This document shows positions 1 to 8,275 of a stretch of DNA of 32,000 bases, one piece after another (position 1 is the stretch's first letter; each line of letters opens with the position of its first letter). Origin of the DNA: Halorhodospira halophila SL1 (GTDB taxonomy: Bacteria; Pseudomonadota; Gammaproteobacteria; Nitrococcales; Halorhodospiraceae). Made by a program: the position numbers and the translations under genes. The notes under the pieces are model-generated. The model worked only from the letters and a program-made list of their open reading frames with translations, was not told the DNA's origin and did no database searches. The stretch spans positions 480,001-512,000 of the forward strand of contig NC_008789.1 of the NCBI RefSeq assembly GCF_000015585.1, in the 5' to 3' direction.

Positions 1-1178
1 CCCATGATTTTCATACGCTGTGTTTCCGAATATGTCGCATGGATGGGTAGTGGCACCACAAGCTGGAGGCCGTGCGCCGACATTTCGTCGGTGTGGGTAC
101 GACTTATCCCAGGCTCGAGCGTCGCGAGGTGTTTCCGTTTGAGTCGTTCGCCCTCGGCGAGGACCTGCCGCCATCGTTCCTTGCAGGTGGTCTTTGCACC
201 AAGGAGGAACAGGCGGGAATTCGGAAACTGCGGATCGTGATACTCGGTGAAGCCGGGAAACAGGAAGTCAGGTTTTGATTTGTTCTCCGTGACCCGGTTC
301 ACCCCCCCTTTTTCGAAACGCAGGCCGTGCCGCTCAAACAGTTCAGTCAGATGGTTCTCGAAGGCATGACCGACCCGGGATTTCCGCCGATTGTGGACGC
401 TTAGTGAGAACCTTATGAATTCGTCGACATCGCCGGCGAACCCCCGTTCGAGGCGTTCCTGAACGATCTCGCGCTCATAGGCCCGGAAGAGCGCTTCCTC
501 CCGTTCCATCCATGCCAAGAGTGTCCGATCCGGCTCGCCTACGGGATCGCCCTGAGTGACCTCACGCGCAAGCGCGGAGAATTCTGCGGTCGAGGGAAAA
601 CGCTCTGGGAAACGGTTCAGGACAAGTTCGAGATCGTCCGCCGCATCGTCCGGTTCGAAGGCTTCTACGCCGACGTCTTCCAGCAGCAGTTTCAGTGGCA
701 GCGTAAGAGAGGATGGAGGCATTCTGGCGGCCTGGAAGCGCTGCCCCATCTCGCCGAACCCGAACACTTGGCGTACCTGGGCCTCGACATCCGACTCCGC
801 CGGCGCGAAAACGATGAGCAGACTACCGTCACGGGCCTTCGCGATCACCATCAGATCACCGGCACTGAGCCGCAGCGTTACCGAATTGCTGCGGTAATAG
901 AGCCGGTACTCTGGGGAGCGGTGCGCCTGTTTCCACCGGCAGTCGTACCAAGACACGGTATCGCGGACGATTTCCGGAGGCTCATGGTCCCCAAGGTAAG
1001 CCATTGTGGCTGGAAACCGGGCGACATCGTTCTTCGAGGGTTCGCCGAGATGGCTCCTGAATCCGGCGCTTGGCAGGCCTCCGATCTCATGCTGGTTCGA
1101 TCTGTCCGGTTCGGCGTCTACGGCGCTGAGCCATTTCGCCGCCGCCCCTTCGAAAAGTTCCGAAATCGAGTCGATCAC
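1..1178 (-). CDS. Type II restriction endonuclease, EcoRII-like (C-terminus cut by window edge)
   Basis: Absent from the ORF track because it has no in-window stop. Hand translation of the minus strand from GTG (1178-1176, overlapping the vsr stop as TAGTG) stays open for 392 codons to the window edge: [35 protein letters not shown]...RVTENKSKPDFLFPGFTEYHDPQFPNSRLFLLGAKTTCKERWRQVLAEGERLKRKHLATLEPGISRTHTDEM. The KPDF...GAKTTCKERWRQ block matches what I recall of the EcoRII C-terminal PD-(D/E)XK domain. The SNQHE-containing N-terminus resembles the EcoRII-N effector domain. The gene lies directly downstream of dcm-vsr. Confidence 0.8.
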   Translation of the reverse strand, partial: MIDSISELFEGAAAKWLSAVDAEPDRSNQHEIGGLPSAGFRSHLGEPSKNDVARFPATMAYLGDHEPPEIVRDTVSWYDCRWKQAHRSPEYRLYYRSNSVTLRLSAGDLMVIAKARDGSLLIVFAPAESDVEAQVRQVFGFGEMGQRFQAARMPPSSLTLPLKLLLEDVGVEAFEPDDAADDLELVLNRFPERFPSTAEFSALAREVTQGDPVGEPDRTLLAWMEREEALFRAYEREIVQERLERGFAGDVDEFIRFSLSVHNRRKSRVGHAFENHLTELFERHGLRFEKGGVNRVTENKSKPDFLFPGFTEYHDPQFPNSRLFLLGAKTTCKERWRQVLAEGERLKRKHLATLEPGISRTHTDEMSAHGLQLVVPLPIHATYSETQRMKIM

Positions 1179-1681
1179 TACGCCTGCTCCCCATAAATAC
1201 TGTCGTCGTTCGCCCCCGGGTGCCGCCCCCCAAGACCGCGGATCTCATGGGTAACTGTACGGCCGGTCAGCCATGTCTCCACCCTTTCAAGCATTTCACC
1301 GGATGGAAGACGATCCTTCCCTCTCATCGCGCATTCCCAAACTTCCAAGACGCGCCACCCGCGATCAAGCAGTTCGGCCCGATTTTTCCGGTCGCGTTCC
1401 CGATTGCGTCCGATCTTTTTTTCCCAGAACTCCTCGCGGGTTGAGGGCATGCGGAAAAGGTGGCAGTCATGCCCATGCCAGAAACATCCGTGAACGAACA
1501 CCACCGCCGAATACCGAGGGAAAACGAGATCGGGGCATCCGGGGAGGTCGCGTACATGGAGTCTGTATCGGAAGCCCCGCGCATGGAGCGCGCGGCGCAG
1601 GACGAGCTCGGGCTTCGTGTCGTGCCCGCGCACCCGGCTCATTACCCGGCTGCGATGTTCCGGAGAGAGCCTGTCGCTCAC
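1178..1681 (-). CDS. vsr: Very short patch repair endonuclease Vsr
   Basis: 167 aa with canonical Vsr blocks: [60 protein letters not shown]. It overlaps the upstream methyltransferase stop by 4 nt, the classic dcm-vsr arrangement. Confidence 0.93.
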   Translation of the reverse strand: MSDRLSPEHRSRVMSRVRGHDTKPELVLRRALHARGFRYRLHVRDLPGCPDLVFPRYSAVVFVHGCFWHGHDCHLFRMPSTREEFWEKKIGRNRERDRKNRAELLDRGWRVLEVWECAMRGKDRLPSGEMLERVETWLTGRTVTHEIRGLGGRHPGANDDSIYGEQA

Positions 1682-2988
1682 GCCGTCTCCCTGAACTCCA
1701 TCGGCAGCGCCAGCTGATGGCCATCCTGGTCGGAGCGGATGTCCGCGAGGACGTGTGGCGCCATCGCAGACGCGATCTCACGGATGACCGGAACGACAAC
1801 GGAGTTACCAAACTGGCGATAAGCCTGCGTGTCACTCACCGGGATCCGGAAACTGTCATCGAAGCCCATCAGTCGGGCGCACTCGCGTGGCGTAAGCCGA
1901 CGCGGCCGCTCGCCAGCTCCCCGGTCAACCAGGATCTCGGAGCCGTCCTTGTGGTACCGGGCGGACAGTGTCCGTGCGGTGTCTTCCGGGCCGACCTTAC
2001 TGTAGCCGAAGCCGTTGCCCGCGTGCTCATGCTTGGCCCGATAGTCCTGCAGGTATTTCCAGAGTTTCTCGCTCAGGACGTACTTGTCGCCTACGGTGGC
2101 CAAGTCACCCTCGGTATAAGGGGGTTCCGCGGCTTCCGATCCGTCCTCCGGGTGCAGGACCTCCCGGAGGGTGCGGGCGTCCGGTGCGGGGAAGTCCAGT
2201 TGGTTCCAGGTGAAGGGCGTATCCTTACGGAAGCCAACCATGTAGATCCGCTCGCGGTGCTGGGGCACGAACCCCTTGCCGTCGATGACCCGATCATGCA
2301 CGCGATAACCGAGCTCTTCCAGCACGCGGCGGATCACTTCGTAGGTACGTCCGCCATCATGACTTCGCAGGTTTTTCACGTTCTCGAGGAGGAATGCCCG
2401 TGGACGCTTTACCTCGATGATCCGCGCAACGTCAAAGAACAGGGTTCCCTGCGCCTCGCACAGGAACCCATGCTCGCGTCCCAGGCTGTTCTTCTTGGAA
2501 ACGCCGGCCAGCGAAAAGGGCTGACACGGGAATCCGGCCAACAGGACGTCGTGCTGAGGAATGCGTTCGTCGATAGAGCGGCTGTTCTCATCCGCGTCAT
2601 CTGAGACCGCCGTAATCTGACGGATGTCCGTCTGGATCTCTTCGCCCTCGTTCCCAAAGTTTGCACGGTAGGTCTGGAGGGCGAAACGGTCCCATTCGGA
2701 GGAAAAGACGCAGTGGCCACCGACGCTTTCAAACCCCTGTCGGATACCCCCCACTCCGGCGAACAGGTCAATGAAGGAGAACTGCCCGTCAACGTCAGAC
2801 CGCAGGGGAGCCCGCCGGAGCAGGAGCTGGCTCAGCGCCGGCTCCCAACGATTGGGCATCGGGATCTCGCCTTTCGCCCACCGCCGGACCGTACGTTCGT
2901 CCACCCCGAGTTCACGGGCCACATCCGCCCTCGTGGCCAGCTCCAAGGCCGAGTAAAGCAGTGCGGTCGCAGCATTGGAAGAGTGCAT
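1678..2988 (-). CDS. dcm: DNA (cytosine-5)-methyltransferase with N-terminal HTH
   Basis: C5-MTase motifs occur in order: [50 protein letters not shown]. The N-terminal extension carries an HTH ([16 protein letters not shown]). The ORF is open up to 3066. I prefer ATG 2988 (MHSSNAAT) because GAGGA lies 6 nt upstream, but the start is uncertain. Confidence 0.92.
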   Translation of the reverse strand: MHSSNAATALLYSALELATRADVARELGVDERTVRRWAKGEIPMPNRWEPALSQLLLRRAPLRSDVDGQFSFIDLFAGVGGIRQGFESVGGHCVFSSEWDRFALQTYRANFGNEGEEIQTDIRQITAVSDDADENSRSIDERIPQHDVLLAGFPCQPFSLAGVSKKNSLGREHGFLCEAQGTLFFDVARIIEVKRPRAFLLENVKNLRSHDGGRTYEVIRRVLEELGYRVHDRVIDGKGFVPQHRERIYMVGFRKDTPFTWNQLDFPAPDARTLREVLHPEDGSEAAEPPYTEGDLATVGDKYVLSEKLWKYLQDYRAKHEHAGNGFGYSKVGPEDTARTLSARYHKDGSEILVDRGAGERPRRLTPRECARLMGFDDSFRIPVSDTQAYRQFGNSVVVPVIREIASAMAPHVLADIRSDQDGHQLALPMEFRETA

Positions 2989-3208
2989 GGCAGATCCTCT
3001 GGGATTCGTTCCGGACATTGTGCCCGGATTGATTCCCGCCTGTCCAGCACGATGGCTCCTTCGCACCGCGCTTGCCCGACCCCCCCTTTCTCACAGCCTG
3101 GCGGCCATACGACGGATCCCGGGCTGGCCCGCTTGTCACGGCAGGGCTGGATCATCCATCATTGAAATACACAGGGGGGTACCCGCTTAAACAGTCCCGA
3201 TACCTAAA

Positions 3209-3475
3209 ATGCCTGATAGAAACCGGCAACAAGAGAGCCTTTTGGCTGCGGCGGGCGCTTCCATCCGCGAGATCCGTCAAGAGAACGGCCTCAGCCAAGA
3301 GCAGCTGGCCATGGATGCGGGCATAGACCAATCGACCCTGAGCAAGATCGAGCGTATCGGGCCACATGTAACCTCATGGCGGACCCTGTTCGCCATCCTG
3401 GATGTTCTGGGATGTGAAGCCACCATCCTGATATCGAAGCTGGAGGATATCGAAGTTCGCCCACGCCACCTATAG
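3209..3475 (+). CDS. XRE-family helix-turn-helix transcriptional regulator (possible R-M controller)
   Basis: 88 aa. IREIRQENGLSQEQLAMDAGIDQSTLSKIERIG is a textbook Cro/C1-type HTH. It is divergent from the M-V-R operon across a roughly 220 bp intergenic region. No obvious SD precedes the ATG. Confidence 0.8.
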   Translation: MPDRNRQQESLLAAAGASIREIRQENGLSQEQLAMDAGIDQSTLSKIERIGPHVTSWRTLFAILDVLGCEATILISKLEDIEVRPRHL

Positions 3476-3741
3476 GGCGCGGCTTCATCTGCGGGACTGG
3501 ATTGCTATGCTTACAGTGCCGGGGGCGGATAGCAAGCAGGATGGTGTCGCGGCCCCAGGAACCCATCAACCTTCCCTTGAAGCCGAAGCACACTGTGCAT
3601 ACCGTTTCGCGAAGAGGCCATTGGCGGACTCCGTATGCGATCACGGTACGCGGGAAGCGCTACGGCATCGAAAAAGCCGGTCGCGGCCGCGGCACCGACC
3701 AGTCCTCCGCCCGCCCCCGTGTGGCTCGGACAACCTCCTCC

Positions 3742-3755
3742 GGGGGGGGGGGGGG
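3742..3755. repeat. G14 homopolymer tract
   Basis: Counted directly: 14 consecutive G. A 7-bp-stem hairpin CCCAAGG-N7-CCTTGGG (3761-3781) follows, with a loop containing a C7 run. Confidence 0.95.
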
Positions 3756-3824
3756 CTATACCCAAGGCGCCCCCCCTTGGGCTGCTCCCGCGCGGGTTGA
3801 GACGGAGGTCCGCGCCTGCTTCGG

Positions 3825-4274
3825 GTGATGCGCGACCACGGGCTGCTCGCCCCGTGCCGGGCTCGGCGCAATCTCGGGCCCGACTTGCACGACGGAACCA
3901 TCATCACCGAGGCGCCGGACAGGGCAGGACCAGGGCTGCGACCACGACCTTCTTAGCGGACAATGGGCAGGTGTCGGTCTTCGCCGTCGTGGACCACTAT
4001 AACGCCGAGAGGCTGGGGATCCACGCGGCCCGCCCGCGGGACCGTTCCGAGGCGCTGGAGCTGCTGCGCCAGGCGGTCCGGCGATCTTCGGGCTCTTCCA
4101 GCAGGGTATCGCCACCGGGGTAGCCCTGCGTCACGACCATGGAAGCCACACATCAGCGACATCTTCCAGCGCGAGCTCGGCTTCCCGGGCTTCGAGTTCT
4201 CGCCGGCGTTCGTCCACGCCCTGGAGAGTACTGGGGTCATCGAGCGGTTCTTCCGCACCCTCACGAAGCAGCTG
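3825..4274 (+). pseudogene. DDE (rve integrase-core) transposase fragment, 5' and 3' truncated, multiple frameshifts
   Basis: Recognisable rve pieces lie in successive frames: VMRDHGLLAP..HDGTIITEAPDR, then TTTFLADNGQVSVFAVVDHYNAERLGIHAA..EALELLRQAV, then AIFGLFQQGIATGVALRHDHGSH, then ISDIFQRELGFPGFEFSPAFVHALESTGVIERFFRTLTKQL. Three frame changes are needed. There is a stop immediately upstream of 3825. Confidence 0.7.
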
Positions 4275-4277
4275 CCC

Positions 4278-4721
4278 GTGGTGCAGTTGCTCGACATCCA
4301 CGCCAGGGAGGCTGACATCCTCCTGAAGCCAGTCGAGCACGCCGCGCTTGCTCCGCGGTGCAGCCAGCCGGCTGAAGACCATGGCGCGGATCAACGCCTC
4401 CGCGTCGAACTCGCGCCGTGACGAACGCAGCGCCTTGCGGAGGGCCTCATCCAGGCCGAGTTCCTGCCAGGGCTGGTGCAGCGCCCAAAGGTCCCCAGAG
4501 GCGCGAGCACGCTGGAACTCCGGTTCCGCGCTCCGGCGCTCAGACCGCCCAACAGCGCGTTGCAGGCCCTTGATGAGGCCGTCGACCTCGTCATCGCTGA
4601 GTTGGTCGGCCCGCCCGAGGTTCGCGACGGTGCATTGCTTCACCCGTCCGTTGTCGTCGCGGTCGCCCTCGACGAGGCGAACGTAGCGGCGAGGACCCGA
4701 TCGGACGATGCGTACGTACAT
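4278..4721 (-). pseudogene. IS1634-family (IS4-like) transposase, N-terminal fragment
   Basis: MYVRIVRSGPRRYVRLVEGDRDDNGRVKQCTVANLGRADQL...SKRGVLDWLQEDVSLPGVDVEQLHH resembles IS1634-family N-termini as I recall them. Past about aa 148 the listed ORF (4131-4721) merely reads antisense through the rve fragment, so the two relics abut at about 4275-4278. Confidence 0.6.
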
Positions 4722-4828
4722 GACACGACCCTATAAATCCTACGGCCTGCTTTCACGGGCTCTATCGATTGATGCGTGTGACAACAGCTGGTCCGCGCTT
4801 CATGTAGAGACAAAATTGGAAGATCAGC

Positions 4829-4858
4829 AGGTTATCCCCCGCACACCGGGGATGTGCC
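4829..4858 (-). repeat. Solitary type I-E-like CRISPR repeat (or IS-end hairpin)
   Basis: The minus strand reads GCACATCCCCGGTGTGCGGGGGATAACCTG. Compare the E. coli I-E repeat GAGTTCCCCGCGCCAGCGGGGATAAACCG: same CCCCG/CGGGG stem and a similar ATAAxCxG 3' handle. Only one copy is present, with no spacer-repeat periodicity. Confidence 0.25.
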
Positions 4859-4861
4859 AGA

Positions 4862-5332
4862 GCTCTGCTGCGGAAGTCGGGCGAGCAGTTTCGTTACGAC
4901 ATTGATGACGAGGCCTGGACAGCTGCCGAACGTCTCGACGGTAAGCTGCTGCTGGTCACGAGCCTGGACGGCTGGGAAGCGCAGGCGATCGTCGCCCGCT
5001 ACCGTTCCCTGGCCGATATCGAGCGCGGATTCCGGGCACTGAAGAGCACCCTGGACATCGCCCCGGTCTACCACCGGCTGCCCGAGCGCATCCGCGCCCA
5101 TGCGCTGATCTGCTTCCTCGCCCTGGTGCTCTACCGGGTGCTGCGCATGCGCCTGAAATCCAGGGACTCCGCCTTCAGCGTCGAGCGCGCGTTAGAAGCG
5201 CTGGAGACCGTGCAAAGGCACGCGGTCGAGATCAACGGGGAAGCCCACACCGGGGTGTCGATCTCCCCAGAGCAACGACAGCTCTTTCAGGAACTGGAGG
5301 TGAAGCCGCCGAGGCAATCCGACGTCGCTTGA
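4862..5332 (+). pseudogene. IS1634-family (IS4-like) transposase, C-terminal fragment
   Basis: The frame of ORF 5126-5332 extended upstream reads RYDIDDEAWTAAERLDGKLLLVTSLDGWEAQAIVARYRSLADIERGFRALKSTLDIAPVYHRLPERIRAHALICFLALVLYRVLRMRL. This includes the YR..L..IER.FR.LKS.L...PVYH signature of IS4/IS1634 DDE transposases. It has no N-terminal part and is oriented opposite to the 4278-4721 fragment. Confidence 0.7.
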
Positions 5333-5600
5333 GTTGTGCCAACCCAGAGGCGCCCATCCGGCGCATCAATAAGTTATGCGCGCGGCTGTGGAACTCGGGG
5401 GCGCCGGTCCGGGCCGGCTACCCTGCAGCCACGCCGATGGCGGCGTGATCAGCTTACCGGGTGTCCAGCAAACGGGGCACGATACACCCGCCTCTCTGAC
5501 TCAACCTCACGCATTCGCGTGATGGGATACGTGAAGACCCACCTGTGTTCCAATGCTGTCGGATCCCGGATCATGTTTTACGCGCCAAGTGCGAAAGCAA

Positions 5601-6543
5601 CTATTCAACCAACCGGTTTTCCCGGTGCCATTCTAACGCTTCATCCATTACCCGCATGTTGCAATCACTCGGTTCCGTGACGGGTCGGGTATGGAGGCCG
5701 ACCAAGAACTCATTACCCGGTAGATCACGGACCGACTCGGGGACCAATATCTTTCGGTCAGGCGCCACGCCAATCAATCCACGATCAAATGCCCAATGCA
5801 GGTCTTTGGTCAGCGGAAGCCCATTTGCAGGATGATCCGACCCTGCTCTGCTTACAGGGATCACATGTGCAGCGTCCAAACCCAGAACGTTGTCCCCAAC
5901 CGGTGATATGAACTTTCGCCCAGTGAAAGCGCACCTATTATCATACAGTGAAAGAACTTTTCCTCGGAACGCCCTATCGCGTGCCTTCCGAACTGTTTTG
6001 GCCTCGATGATCTCTCGGTTTTCATCGAAAGCGAAGGGAGTTTCAGCGACCTGCCTGTCGAGATATTTTTCAGCCTCCTCGATCTCGTCACTCTCGACCG
6101 GCGGGTTATCCAGGTCTAAGCACCCACACCTGGAACTGCCAATCTTGGTGTTGATTGCGTCATATTCGGGGGTTCCCCGTTCAATCAGATGAAGCTGGAT
6201 ATATCCATCGTCATCAAGGTCTTTCGTGAAGAGAAGAATATCATCCTTTTTGGCTTTGTTCCGGAGGGGCCCGAGGTTATCAGTAAGTCGCCTTTCAGGC
6301 GACCTTTTGCCTCCCCAAGTCTGATACTGGTAGCGTGCTTTGGCAGTACCAACCCTCTGGCCATTTACAAACAGATCCGCGACGAGGTTCAAGCTCAACG
6401 TAGGTTCCTCGCGGGTGGCCACACCCCGGAGGGGGGGGGAAGAAACGCGAAATAGCCTTGGGTATTAAGAAGCCCGCTTGGTGGCCGCGTGCTTTTCCCG
6501 TGTCATTATGGGAAAGCTTCTTGAAAAATGGAGTGTCGAGCAT
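5601..6543 (-). pseudogene. B3/EcoRII-N-like DNA-binding domain fused to an HNH nuclease; frame broken in a C9 tract
   Basis: ORF 6295-6543 begins MLDTPFFKKLSHNDTGKARGHQAGFLIPKAISRFFP, a B3-type pseudobarrel motif as in EcoRII-N/BfiI-C (tentative). ORF 5601-6422 continues the fold and ends in an HNH_2-type nuclease (NRCAFTGRKF..LDAAHVIPVSRAGSDHPANGLPLTKDLHWAFDRGLI). The two frames switch inside the C9 run (G9 on plus strand, 6432-6440). Removing one C gives one 313-codon frame (..AISRFFPPLRGVATREEPTLSL..). This region is visibly less GC-rich than its neighbours. Confidence 0.72.
6432..6440. repeat. G9/C9 homopolymer inside the B3-HNH gene
   Basis: Counted directly (a ggggggggg aa). It coincides exactly with the frame switch between ORFs 6295-6543 and 5601-6422. 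Confidence 0.95.
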
Positions 6544-6884
6544 AGGGCCGTCCAGATCACATGGTCCGAGTTAGATTCGTATCATTGCGACTATCTTGTC
6601 AAGTTGTTTTGAGCGGGGGCCCCGGAGTGCGCAAGGCATAGAGGGGAACACCGGAGGACGTGGGCCTCAGGGAGGTGAGTGGCCACCGCGGCTAGAATCT
6701 GCCAGTGGTGGGGGGCCTTTCTCGCCGCAGGCGAGGCCGGACTCAGGGGCGGCAGCGCGCAGGATACGCGCAATGAGCAGCTCCACCAGCCCCGGGCCAA
6801 AGCCGGGGACGTGACCATGGATCTGGAAGCCTCGGGCGGCGGAAGAGATCAACAAACCACGCTCCGAGCCGGGCCCTCCTTTGA

Positions 6885-8231
6885 CTAGCAGGGTGCTGAG
6901 AAACGGTCTTCTGCGTGGCCACCGAGGGGTGTCGAAGGTGATCTACGATGGCCGGGTGGCGTTCCAAGCGGGGGGTGATACCCGCCAACCCGGCGGTGCC
7001 CCAACCCGCCTGCGCCCGGAAGGGGCCGGGCAGCAGGGGATGGAGGCACTCCGCCCCCATCTCAGCCAGCCCCGAGCAGTTTGGGTGTGCGGACCAGGTT
7101 GTAGGCCAGGGCATGGAACCCGAAGTCCCACCCCACCCTGTCTGGTCCGATGAAGCGGGTCTTGCGAAGGCCACCGACGGTCTTGGACCAGCCGAAGAAC
7201 TCCTCGACGCGCTTGCGGATGCGCTGGCTGACCGCATAGCCGGGGTGGCGCGTCGTCCGACCATCCACAGCATTGAACCGGCGCTTCTCGGCAACATGGG
7301 GCGTAACCTCGTACTCGCGCAGGGCCTGGACGAAATCTCGGGTGTTGTAGCCGGCGTCGCCAGCAAGCGTCAGCCGGCCTCGCTCTGCAGGGATCTCGCG
7401 GATCATCTCCAGGGCCGCCTCCCGCTCGGCGGTGCCACAGGCCTGGGTTAGGCGGGTATCGACGATGAGCCCATGACGGTTCTCCATCAGGGCATGGCCG
7501 ATATAGCAAAGCCGCGCAGGCTGCCCCTGGCCCTTGCGGTAGAGCCGAGCATTCGGGTCCGTGCTCGAGGCGTGGGTATCGTTGCGCCGCTGCTGACCCC
7601 GGAAGTTGACCGTCGGATTGCGCCCGCCGCTCTGCAAGTCATCATCACCCGAGCTGTCGCCGTCCTGGCTGATCGGCTTGAAGCTCTTCATCGAGGCCCA
7701 GGCCTCGATGAGCGTGCCATCGACCGAGAAGTGCTCGTCGGAGAGCAGGGGCCGAACCTCCTCGAGTTCCGTGAACGAGCGCAGCAGGCGCTGCGCAACC
7801 TCCGCCTCGATCAGGCGGTCCCGGCTCTTGGTGAAGGTGGTCGGGTGCCAGACGGGGTCATCGACCTGGAGCCCGACGAACCAGCGGAACAGGAGGTTGC
7901 AGTCGAGCTGCTCCATGAGCAGCCGCCCCGAGCGGATCGAGTACAGGGCCTGAAGCAAAAGCGCCCGGATCAGTCGCTCCGGCGGGATCGACGGCCGACC
8001 GGTGCCCGAGTACACCGCGTCCAGCTCGTCCGAGATCGAGTCGAGCAGCCGATCAACGAGGACACGGATCTCGCGAAGAGGGTGATTCTTGGGGATGCGA
8101 TCTTCGAGGCTGACGTAGCTGAACATGTGCTGTTGCTCGACATCCTCACCGCGCATCCGGAGACCTCCTGTTCCGCCGTCAACGACACCCTCTATGATAC
8201 CGCGCAGCCGAGTTTTTCAGCAGCCTGCTAG
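6885..8231 (-). mobile_element. IS5-family insertion sequence, apparently intact
   Basis: Terminal inverted repeats CAGGGTGCTGAGAAAC (6889-6904) and CAGGCTGCTGAAAAAC (revcomp of 8212-8227) match at 14/16. They are flanked by CTAG at 6885-6888 and 8228-8231, the 4-bp YTAR-type duplication typical of the IS5 group. A single transposase gene lies inside. Confidence 0.8.
7062..8156 (-). CDS. IS5-family DDE transposase
   Basis: 364 aa. The N-terminus QQHMFSYVSLEDRIPKNHPLREIRVLVDRLL...GRPSIPPERLIRALLLQALYSIRSGRLLMEQLDCNLLFRWFVGL is the typical IS5/DUF772 transposase N-domain. The C-terminal DDE region includes LAGDAGYNTRDF. Confidence 0.9.
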   Translation of the reverse strand: MRGEDVEQQHMFSYVSLEDRIPKNHPLREIRVLVDRLLDSISDELDAVYSGTGRPSIPPERLIRALLLQALYSIRSGRLLMEQLDCNLLFRWFVGLQVDDPVWHPTTFTKSRDRLIEAEVAQRLLRSFTELEEVRPLLSDEHFSVDGTLIEAWASMKSFKPISQDGDSSGDDDLQSGGRNPTVNFRGQQRRNDTHASSTDPNARLYRKGQGQPARLCYIGHALMENRHGLIVDTRLTQACGTAEREAALEMIREIPAERGRLTLAGDAGYNTRDFVQALREYEVTPHVAEKRRFNAVDGRTTRHPGYAVSQRIRKRVEEFFGWSKTVGGLRKTRFIGPDRVGWDFGFHALAYNLVRTPKLLGAG

Positions 8232-8275
8232 AGGAGGCGGAAGACACGCCTGAGGCCATCGCCCCAGAGGACCTC

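Noticed and set aside
1273-2604. 443-aa plus-strand ORF across vsr/dcm, and smaller plus-strand ORFs at 556-1254.
   Set aside because: They are antisense to genes with canonical Vsr, C5-MTase and EcoRII-like motifs, and have no motifs of their own.
3291-3828. ORFs 3291-3644(-), 3502-3828(+), 3507-3800(+) and 3511-3765(-).
   Set aside because: They mutually overlap, are featureless, and span the G14 tract. The region is more likely non-coding IS-flank debris.
4700-4900. A CRISPR array around the I-E-like repeat.
   Set aside because: Only one repeat copy exists, and no second copy occurs at 60-61 nt spacing on either side. It is reported only as an orphan repeat with low confidence.
6560-6888. 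A gene disrupted by the IS5 insertion (joining left flank 6560-6888 to right flank 8232 onward).
   Set aside because: In silico excision, with or without one CTAG copy, places stop codons at the junction in the relevant frames on both strands. The left-flank ORFs (6596-6814, 6679-6888, 6667-6855) have no recognisable motifs.
6743-8231. ORFs 6743-7366(-), 6943-7509(-), 6948-7451(+) and 7473-8231(+) inside the IS5 element.
   Set aside because: They overlap, or are antisense to, the 364-aa IS5 transposase, which has the conserved N-terminal and DDE regions.
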